64,000 nt of DNA from Terriglobales bacterium (GTDB lineage Bacteria; Acidobacteriota; Terriglobia; Terriglobales; SCQP01), in contig DATKSZ010000063.1 of the NCBI GenBank assembly GCA_035531375.1, positions 66,021-130,020 on the forward strand. The letters are read 5' to 3'. Shown piece by piece: positions 55,405 to 62,524 of the stretch. Both the position numbers and the translations under genes were made by a program. Within the stretch, counting starts at the first letter, position 1; the number at the start of each line of letters is the position of its first letter. The notes under the pieces were generated by a model. It was given only the letters and a program-made list of their open reading frames with translations, did no database searches and was not told the origin of the DNA.

Positions 55405-55989
55405 ATGCCAGCTCCGGACACTCGCCGCGACCTCGCGTGGGTGGACGACGCCGAACTGGCGGCGGCCGCCGAGGGCGGAGACCAAGCCGCCTGGGCAGCG
55501 CTGGTGCGGCGCTATCAGCACCTGGTGTATGCCTTGGCGCGCCGGCACGGGCTCGAACCCGACGACGCCGGCGAGGTCTTCCACGCGGTCTATGCCGAGT
55601 TGTGGGCCGCGCTCGCCCAACTCCCGACCGACCGGCCCCTGGGCGCGTGGCTGGCGGCCGCCGCGCGCCGCCACTGTCAGGCGCAGACGCAGACCCACCA
55701 ACGCTGGGTCCAACTGACCGAGTTCGAGGCGCCAACGGCAGGGAAGGGGAGCCCGACCACTCCCCTGGACGATGCGTCGCTGCGGCAGGCCGAACGCCAG
55801 CAGGATATGCGCCGCGCCTGGGAGCGCCTCCCACCCCGCTGCCGACGCCAACTGGAGGGGCTGTTTTGCCAGCGGGCGCCGCCCGACCCGCAGGAGATCG
55901 GCCGCCACCCGAAGATGTCCGGCGGCTCGGCCGGCTTCCTGCGGCGGCGCTGCCTGCGCAAGCTGCGGCAAGCGCTGCCAGGAAGCTAG
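55405..55989 (+). CDS. ECF-type sigma factor without adjacent anti-sigma
   Basis: Region 2 is AAWAALVRRYQHLVYALARRHGLEPDDAGEVFHAVYAELW...GAWLAAAARRH. Region 4 is LPPRCRRQLEGLF...AGFLRRRCLRKLRQAL. It starts 1 nt after the SBP stop codon. Confidence 0.7.
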   Translation: MPAPDTRRDLAWVDDAELAAAAEGGDQAAWAALVRRYQHLVYALARRHGLEPDDAGEVFHAVYAELWAALAQLPTDRPLGAWLAAAARRHCQAQTQTHQRWVQLTEFEAPTAGKGSPTTPLDDASLRQAERQQDMRRAWERLPPRCRRQLEGLFCQRAPPDPQEIGRHPKMSGGSAGFLRRRCLRKLRQALPGS

Positions 55990-56015
55990 GAGCAGAGGGA
56001 AAGGCGTGGCCGCGC

Positions 56016-58919
56016 ATGCGTGGAATCGTCTTCCACCACGCCCCAAGAGGGATTCTGGGTGTCTGCTATGCTGGGCAGGTTGCCATGCCCGCCCCTGCAC
56101 CGGCTGCGCTGCGCCTTTTGACCCACGAGGCCGACTATAGGGCCTACGTGCAGCGCCATGGACCGCCGGACCGGGAATTTTTTGCCAATTTGTCGGAGGC
56201 CTTGGCGCAAGAGGCGCGCATTGATCCGGCGCCGATGGCGCGGTGGGCGGAGACGCTGCTGGGGCTGGCCAAGGCCAGCGGGGTGGCGGCCTACGAGGCG
56301 CTGGCGTGGCGGGCGTGGGGCAACATCGCGTTCCTGTGCGGCGACTACACGCTGGCGGTGGAGCACTATCGGCGGGCGCTGGAGAGGTTTGGCGACGACG
56401 ATCTGGAGCGGGGACGGACGCTGAGCTCGCTGTTGCACCCGCTGGCGATGCTGGGAGACAACGACGGGAGCATGGCGGCGGCGGCGGAGGCGCGGGCGTG
56501 CTTCGAGCGCTGCGGGGCGCAGCACCGGCTGGCGCGGCTGGACATCAACCTGGCGAGCGTGTGGTTTCGCGAGGACCGGTTTGTGGACGCGCTGGCGGCG
56601 CTGGAGCGGGCGCAGGCGGGGTTGGAGGAGTCGCGCGAGGGGAGCGAGGACCACGAGGCCTGGGCGGCGATCCGGGTGACGCGGGCGGTGGTGTTGATCA
56701 ACCTGGCGCGCTTCGAGGAGGCGGAGGCGACCTACCAGGCGGCGCGCGACTACTCGCTGGCGCACGACCTGCCGGGGCTGGCGGCGCAGGCGGACTACAA
56801 CATCGGCTACCTGTATTTCCTGCGCGGGCAGTACGTCAAGGCCATCCGGGCGCTGGACCGGGCGCGGGAGACGGCGGCGCGGTATTCCGACAAGCTGCAC
56901 CGGGCGCTGTGCGACCTGGACCAGGCGGACGTGTGCATCGAGTTGAACCTGCACGAGGACGCGCTGCAGTTGGCGCACTCGGCGCTGGGACAGTTCCAGG
57001 CGCTGGCGATGCCCTACGAGCAGGGCAAGGCCCTGACCAACATGGCGGTGGCGGAGCAGTTTCTGGGGCGGGACAGCGCCGCGCTGGAGCTGTTGGGGCG
57101 GGCCGAGGAGGCGTTCGGAGCGGCGGGGAACGAGTTTTGGGTTTACATGGCCAACCTCTACCGCGGGGTGGTGCTGCTGAAGCTGGGGCGGTGCTTCGAG
57201 GCGATGCAGTTGAGCGAGCGGGCGCGGGAGTTTTTCGAGCAGCGGCAGGCGCGGACCAAGGCCATCTACGCCGGGATCATGTTGGCGCGGGCGCGGGCGG
57301 CAGCGCTGGACCTGGTCGGGGCGCGGGCGGCGGCGGAGCGGGCGGCGGCGGCGCTGGCGGGGCTGCAGGCGCCCTGGCTGCAGGGGCAGGTGCAGATGCT
57401 GCGCGGGCAGTTGGCCGAGCGCGCGGGCGAGCGCGCCGAGGCGCTGGCGGCCTATGAAGAGGCGATGGCGCAGGCGGAGGCGACGCGGGGCAACATCAAC
57501 TTCGACGAGTTGCGCATCTCCTTCATGCGCGACAAGAGCCAGCTCTACGAACACTATCTCGAGCTGCTGCTGGAGGGCGAGCCGGCGCCGGAGGCTGAGG
57601 CGGTGTGGCGGCACATGGAGCGGGCCAAGTCGCGCTCGCTGGCGCTGGTGATGGCGGGCGGGTTCGGGGCGATCCAGCCGCGGCTGGGCGAGGGCAGCCG
57701 CGTGGTGCACGAGATCAGCCGGCTGCGCGAGGAGCTGAACTGGTATTACCGCCAATTGGAGCCGGGCCAGCCCGGCAGCGGGGTGGGGGGCGGGGTGGAG
57801 TCGGTGCTGGGCGCCATCCAGCAGCGCGAACACCAGTTGCTGCGCGCCATCCGGCAGTTGCCCAACGACGACTACCGCATCCTGGAGCAGGAGTCGGGGG
57901 CGACGCTGGAGCGGCTGCGGCCGCACTTGCAGGGAGCAACGCTGGTGGAGTATTTCCACTGCGGCCAGGGCTACGTGGCGGCGGTGGCCGACCAGCGCGA
58001 GGTGCGGATCGTGCGCCTGGAGTGCGAGCGCTCGGGGGTGGAGGCGGCGCTGCGGCTGCTGCGCTTCCAGGTGGGCAAGCGGGCGATGGAGAGCGAGCAC
58101 TTCCGCCGCCACGCGCAGGCGTTCCAGCAGGCGGCGGAGTCGCACCTGGGACTGTTGTGGCGCGAGCTGGTGGCGCCGTTGGCGGGGCTGCTGCGCGAGG
58201 AGCACGTGGTGATCGTGCCGCACGGGGTGCTGCACGCCCTTCCCTTCGCCGCGCTGCACCCGGGAGCGGGGGAGCCGGTGCGGCCCCTGATCGAGGACCA
58301 TGGCATCTCGCTGGCGCCCAGCGCGGCGGTGTTCACCCTGTGCAGCCAACGTCCGCCCAGCCCGCACCGGGGCGCGCTGCTGGTGGCGGCCGAGCCGGCG
58401 GCGGCGGGCGACGAGATCCGGGCGGTGGGGCGTTGCTGGCCGCAGGCGCTGGTGTTGGAGGGCTCGGCCTCCACCTTGGCGGCGGTGCGGCACGCCGCCG
58501 AGTCGGTGCGGCTGCTGCACATCGCCGCCCACGGGGTGTTCCGCGCCGACAATCCCTACTTCTCGGCGCTGGAGCTGGCCGACGGCCGGCTCAACGTGAT
58601 CGACATCTACAACCTGCGGCTGTCGGCCGACTTGGTGGTGTTGAGCGGCTGCGGCACGGCGCTGGGCGACCTCGCCGGGGGCGACGAGCTCATCGGCCTT
58701 ACCCGCGCCTTCCTCTACGCCGGCGCGCGGGCGGTGATCGCCAGCCTGTGGGATGTGGACGACCGCACCACCGCCGAGTTCATGCAGTGCTTCTACCAGC
58801 ACTGGACGCCGGCGCGGACCACCGCCCAGGCGCTGCGGCTGGCGACGCTGGAGTTTCGCCGCCGCTACGCCCACCCCTTTTTCTGGGCGCCGTTTCAATT
58901 GGTCGGGAGTTTTCGTTAA
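56016..58919 (+). CDS. TPR-repeat CHAT-domain (caspase-like) protein
   Basis: About 600 aa of TPR-like repeats (for example GDYTLAVEHYRRALERF, GQYVKAIRALDRARE). The C-terminal CHAT domain has VIVPHGVLHALPFAAL, LLHIAAHG (His), VVLSGCGTALG (Cys codon 58650-58652) and HPFFWAPFQLVG. The start is ATG 56016 or 56085. Confidence 0.8.
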   Translation: MRGIVFHHAPRGILGVCYAGQVAMPAPAPAALRLLTHEADYRAYVQRHGPPDREFFANLSEALAQEARIDPAPMARWAETLLGLAKASGVAAYEALAWRAWGNIAFLCGDYTLAVEHYRRALERFGDDDLERGRTLSSLLHPLAMLGDNDGSMAAAAEARACFERCGAQHRLARLDINLASVWFREDRFVDALAALERAQAGLEESREGSEDHEAWAAIRVTRAVVLINLARFEEAEATYQAARDYSLAHDLPGLAAQADYNIGYLYFLRGQYVKAIRALDRARETAARYSDKLHRALCDLDQADVCIELNLHEDALQLAHSALGQFQALAMPYEQGKALTNMAVAEQFLGRDSAALELLGRAEEAFGAAGNEFWVYMANLYRGVVLLKLGRCFEAMQLSERAREFFEQRQARTKAIYAGIMLARARAAALDLVGARAAAERAAAALAGLQAPWLQGQVQMLRGQLAERAGERAEALAAYEEAMAQAEATRGNINFDELRISFMRDKSQLYEHYLELLLEGEPAPEAEAVWRHMERAKSRSLALVMAGGFGAIQPRLGEGSRVVHEISRLREELNWYYRQLEPGQPGSGVGGGVESVLGAIQQREHQLLRAIRQLPNDDYRILEQESGATLERLRPHLQGATLVEYFHCGQGYVAAVADQREVRIVRLECERSGVEAALRLLRFQVGKRAMESEHFRRHAQAFQQAAESHLGLLWRELVAPLAGLLREEHVVIVPHGVLHALPFAALHPGAGEPVRPLIEDHGISLAPSAAVFTLCSQRPPSPHRGALLVAAEPAAAGDEIRAVGRCWPQALVLEGSASTLAAVRHAAESVRLLHIAAHGVFRADNPYFSALELADGRLNVIDIYNLRLSADLVVLSGCGTALGDLAGGDELIGLTRAFLYAGARAVIASLWDVDDRTTAEFMQCFYQHWTPARTTAQALRLATLEFRRRYAHPFFWAPFQLVGSFR

Positions 58920-58924
58920 TTAAA

Positions 58925-59135
58925 GCGCGGGCACCCGGCTTCGCCGCCCGCGCCCTAGGCCGCCCGGGCGGGCAGCGGGGGCCCATCCGCCCCGCTGCCC
59001 TTCCGGTGGCGTTCGTTCCGCCCGCGCGCACCCGGCTTCGCCGCCCGCGCCCTAGGCCGCCCGGGCGGGCAGCGGGGGCCCATCCGCCCCGCTGCCCTTC
59101 CGGTGGCGTTCGTTCCGCCCGCGCGGGCGCCCGGC
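58925..59135. repeat. tandem direct repeat, 2.15 copies of a 97-99-bp highly structured unit that fills the CHAT/phosphoesterase intergenic region
   Basis: Copy A is 58925-59023 and copy B is 59024-59120; by hand alignment they are identical except for two fewer G near the 5' end of B. A partial third copy covers 59121-59135. Each unit has a perfect 11-bp stem, GGGCAGCGGGG-gcccatccg-CCCCGCTGCCC (58970-59000 and 59067-59097), plus the palindromes CCTAGG and CCGCCCGGGCGG. Confidence 0.85.
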
Positions 59136-59138
59136 AGC

Positions 59139-59897
59139 CTATTTGCCCTTGGCTAGGCGCTCGGCCAGCCGCGGCGGCAGGCCCGCCTCGAGGATCCGCG
59201 CCTGCGCGGTGGCCACGTCGTAGGGCACGCGGTGGAACTCGACCTGGCCGGCCTGCTCGTCGAGGATGGCAAAGGCAGCGCGCCAATCGCCATCGCGGGG
59301 CTGGCCCACCGAGCCGGGGTTGAGCAGGTAGCGGGCATCGGGGCGGAGCGGCAGGGCGACGGATTCATGGCGGGCGGAGAGGGCGGCGTCCGGGGGGACG
59401 GTGGTCCAGGCGGAGACCTGATCGTCGGCCAGGGTGAATCCGCCTTGCAGGTGGGTGTGGCCGAACCAGTGCAGGGCGGCGGTGGTGGCGGCGAAGGCGC
59501 CGGCGGCCTGCGCCGGCTCGATCAGGTACTCGTCCTCGTCCAGGGGGGAGCCGTGCACCAGGCTGAAATCGTGGAAGGGCAGGGGACCGGCGGACAGGGC
59601 CTGCAGCCAGGCGGCGTTCTCGGGGGTGAGGTTGGCGTGGGTCCAGCGGGCGGCGGTGGCCGCCACCGGATTGAACCATTGGATGCCATCGAGCAAGGCG
59701 CAGGCGCGGTCGTGGTTGCCGCGGATCACCACCGGGGAGTGGGCGCGCACCCAGTCGGAGGCCTGGTTGGGGTTGGCGCCGTAGCCCACCACGTCGCCTA
59801 GGCAGAGGCTGACCTCGCAGCGCCCTTCGACGGCGGCGGCCATAGCCTCCAGCGCCTGCCAATTGGCGTGGACGTCGCTGTAGATCAACACGCGCAT
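59139..59897 (-). CDS. metallophosphoesterase family protein
   Basis: MRVLIYSDVHAN, LGDVVGYG, RGNHD, GHTH and LLNPGSVGQPRDGD are calcineurin-like phosphoesterase motifs. Confidence 0.8.
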   Translation of the reverse strand: MRVLIYSDVHANWQALEAMAAAVEGRCEVSLCLGDVVGYGANPNQASDWVRAHSPVVIRGNHDRACALLDGIQWFNPVAATAARWTHANLTPENAAWLQALSAGPLPFHDFSLVHGSPLDEDEYLIEPAQAAGAFAATTAALHWFGHTHLQGGFTLADDQVSAWTTVPPDAALSARHESVALPLRPDARYLLNPGSVGQPRDGDWRAAFAILDEQAGQVEFHRVPYDVATAQARILEAGLPPRLAERLAKGK

Positions 59898-59911
59898 AGG
59901 GAGGGGGCGGA

Positions 59912-60949
59912 TTAGGGATGCTCCGGCTTGCTGGCGCGCAACTGGCGCAGTTCGCGCTGCATTTCGGGCAGGCGCTGGAAGGCGGCGGTGGCGCGCAGCC
60001 ATTGGGCGTGGTCGAAGGCGGGCGAACCGCTGTACATCTTGCCCGCCTCCAGGTCGCCGTGGGTGCCGCTTTGGGCGGTGATCACCGCCCCCGCACCGAT
60101 GGTGCAGTGGCCGGCGACGCCGACTTGCCCGGCCAGCACCGCTCCGGCCTCGATGCGGGTGCTGCCCGCCAAGCCGACTTGGGAACAGAGCAGGACGCCG
60201 TCCCCCAGTTGGCAGTTGTGGGCAATCTGCACCAGGTTGTCCACCTTGACGCCGTGGCCGATGCGGGTGACGTCGAGGCTGGCGCGGTCCACACAACTGT
60301 TGGCCTGGATCTCGACCCCATCGCCGACAGCCACCGTACCCACTTGGGGGATTTTGGCGTAGCCGCCCTCGCTGCGGCGGATGAAGCCGAAGCCATCGCC
60401 GCCCAGCACCACGCCAGGCTGCAGGATGACGTCATCGCCGAGCCGGGTGCCTTCGCGGATGACGACATGGGCATGGGCGAGCAGGCGCTCGCCGGCGATG
60501 ACATTGGGGTAGAGCACGGCGTGGGGATGGAGTACGGCGCCGGCGCCCAGGCGGCAGCCCTCGCCGATGGCCACAAAGGCGCCGACATGACAGTCCCGGC
60601 CCAGCACGGCGGTGGGGTGGATGCTGGCGGTGGGGTGGATGCCGGGCGCAGGGCGCCAGGGCGGCCGCAAGAGCGCCACCGCCTGGGCCATGGCCAGATC
60701 GGGGCGGGCGGTGCGCAGCCAATGCAGCCGGGGCTGGCGCCCCACGGCGGGGAATTCGAGCCCGACCAGCAGCGCCGCCGCGCGGGTGGCGGCCGCCTGC
60801 GGGGCGAAGCGCGCATCGGTAACGAAAGAAAGGTCGTTGGGACCGGCCTCGGCCAGCGAGGCGAGGCTGTGAATGGGCAAGTCGGGCTCGCCCTCGAGGC
60901 GGCAGCCGAGGGCTTCGGCGAGTTCGCCCAAACGGATCACAGAAGGCAT
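59912..60949 (-). CDS. lpxD: UDP-3-O-acylglucosamine N-acyltransferase
   Basis: The N-terminus is IRLGELAEALG. Long left-handed beta-helix hexapeptide repeats follow, and the length is LpxD-typical (345 aa). Confidence 0.85.
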   Translation of the reverse strand: MPSVIRLGELAEALGCRLEGEPDLPIHSLASLAEAGPNDLSFVTDARFAPQAAATRAAALLVGLEFPAVGRQPRLHWLRTARPDLAMAQAVALLRPPWRPAPGIHPTASIHPTAVLGRDCHVGAFVAIGEGCRLGAGAVLHPHAVLYPNVIAGERLLAHAHVVIREGTRLGDDVILQPGVVLGGDGFGFIRRSEGGYAKIPQVGTVAVGDGVEIQANSCVDRASLDVTRIGHGVKVDNLVQIAHNCQLGDGVLLCSQVGLAGSTRIEAGAVLAGQVGVAGHCTIGAGAVITAQSGTHGDLEAGKMYSGSPAFDHAQWLRATAAFQRLPEMQRELRQLRASKPEHP

Positions 60950-61467
60950 TATGAGGCCTCCCGGGCGGGTGTGGGGCGCGAGGCGGACAAGTTCTCGCCA
61001 AAAAGACCGATTTGCTGGGTGGCGGGGCTGCGGCGGCGGCGGGGAGGACGCACCACCTCGAGGGCCGTGACCTGCTCTACCCCGGGGCGGGGCAGGAAGG
61101 CCCGGTGCCAAGGGCTGCCGGGCCACAACGGCGTCAGCCAGACGCCCGCCTGCAGTTGCAGCAGGTCGGAGGCGAGGATGCCCTCCAGACTGTGCCGATC
61201 CAGGCAGCGCACCCGCACCCAGAGGCCGGCCAGCTTGGCGCCGCCACGGCCGGAGGCGGCCGGCAGGCGCAGTTCCTCAAGCTGCTCGAGGTCGGAGACA
61301 AAGTAGACGGTCAGCACCTGCTCGGGTGAAAGCACCAAAGCTTGGCCTTCCGGGGTGATGAGCTCCCAGCGAGCGGAAGACTCCAGTTGCAGGGGATCGA
61401 GGAAGCCCGGCAGCAAGCCCAGGGGGCGGTGACGAACCACGACCTTTTTGTGGGTGGTGGGATTCAC
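60949..61467 (-). CDS. hypothetical protein (172 aa) upstream of lpxD
   Basis: A GC3-rich ORF whose stop overlaps the lpxD start (TAATG). I recognise no motif. Confidence 0.45.
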   Translation of the reverse strand: MNPTTHKKVVVRHRPLGLLPGFLDPLQLESSARWELITPEGQALVLSPEQVLTVYFVSDLEQLEELRLPAASGRGGAKLAGLWVRVRCLDRHSLEGILASDLLQLQAGVWLTPLWPGSPWHRAFLPRPGVEQVTALEVVRPPRRRRSPATQQIGLFGENLSASRPTPAREAS

Positions 61468-61592
61468 AGGGGTTTGGTCATCGAATACGGCTGGCGCGGC
61501 CAGCCCAACTTTAGTATGATTCGTTTTGCAGCGCCGCGATCTCTATCTTAAGTCATTCCGGTTCAGTCACTTGGAGCGCGGTGGTGGGCACC

Positions 61593-62492
61593 ATGCGATC
61601 CGATCCCACATTGAGCGAAATCCAGGCCTTCCTGCATTGCGCGGCGGTGGAAAAAGGGCTTGCCCCCAATAGTTTAGCCGCCTACGGGCGGGATTTGGGG
61701 CAATTTGCGGCGTGGTGCCGGAAGCGGCAGTTGGGATTGGGGGACTGCGATCGGGGGCAGATCCAGGAATATTTGTTGTGGCTGTACGACCGCGGTTTGA
61801 GCGCGCGGAGCGTAGCGCGGCAGTTGGTGGCGGTGCGGAACCTATTTCGTTACCTGGTGTTGGAGCGGCGCTTGGGGGTGGACCCGACGGCGGAGGTGCG
61901 GGCACCGGCTTGGGGGCGGCCCATCCCCCAGCATCTCTCCCCCGGAGAGGTGCAGCGGGTGTTGGCGGCGGCGCAGCCGGGCCAAGGGCGCAGCCCGGCC
62001 GGACGGGCGCTGCGGCGGCGGGACCAGGCGTTGTTGCAGTTGCTCTACGCCTGCGGTCTGCGGGTGAGCGAGTTGATCACCCTGCGCTGCAACGATGTGG
62101 ACTTGGCGGCCGGGATCGTGCGCTGCACCGGCAAGGGGGACAAGCAACGGCTGGTACCGCTGCACCGGGTGGCGCAGGCAGCGCTGCGGCACTACCTGGC
62201 GGCGGCGCCGCCCAGCCCCTACCTGTTTCCCAGTCGGCGGGGTGGGCCGATGACCCGCCAAGCGGTGTGGAAGCGGTTGCGGCAGTATGGTTTGGCCAGC
62301 GGGCTGGGGCGGGGACTGTATCCCCATCTGCTGCGCCACAGCTTTGCCACCCACCTGCTCGAGGGTGGCGCCGATCTGCGCAGCCTGCAGGCCATGCTGG
62401 GCCATGCCGACATCCAAACCACCCAGATCTACACCCACGTGGTCACCGGACGGCTGCAGGAGGTCTATCGCGCCCACCATCCGCGCGCCTGA
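61593..62492 (+). CDS. xerD: site-specific tyrosine recombinase XerD (XerC not excluded)
   Basis: The N-terminus is FLHCAAVEKGLAPNSLAAYGRDL. The catalytic region is HLLRHSFATHLLEGGADLRSLQAMLGHADIQTTQIYTHV. Confidence 0.8.
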   Translation: MRSDPTLSEIQAFLHCAAVEKGLAPNSLAAYGRDLGQFAAWCRKRQLGLGDCDRGQIQEYLLWLYDRGLSARSVARQLVAVRNLFRYLVLERRLGVDPTAEVRAPAWGRPIPQHLSPGEVQRVLAAAQPGQGRSPAGRALRRRDQALLQLLYACGLRVSELITLRCNDVDLAAGIVRCTGKGDKQRLVPLHRVAQAALRHYLAAAPPSPYLFPSRRGGPMTRQAVWKRLRQYGLASGLGRGLYPHLLRHSFATHLLEGGADLRSLQAMLGHADIQTTQIYTHVVTGRLQEVYRAHHPRA

Positions 62493-62524
62493 GGCGGCAC
62501 CGCAGCGGAGCTGACAGGACAATC

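Noticed and set aside
55986-58898. Very long antisense or alternative-frame ORFs: 970 aa here, and also 47234..49891, 43215..45245, 39808..41823, 24859..27483, 18067..20190, 9162..10535, 62543..63505 and 62874..63860.
   Set aside because: They lie opposite or out of frame to genes with clear family motifs (CHAT, dnaJ/grpE, ALDH, rpoD, infB and others). Their composition is dominated by Arg/Pro/Gly/Ala, as expected for stop-poor frames in roughly 70% GC DNA.
58925-59135. The tandem repeat, considered as a CRISPR array given the adjacent TPR-CHAT gene.
   Set aside because: The copies are contiguous with no spacers. The unit is about 98 nt rather than 25-40 nt, and only 2.15 copies exist. No cas genes are in the window.
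61593-62492. The tyrosine recombinase, considered as a phage or ICE integrase marking an island boundary.
   Set aside because: The N- and C-terminal motifs match chromosomal XerC/XerD. The neighbours are housekeeping genes (lpxD, a cca-like gene). No att-like repeats or cargo genes are present.
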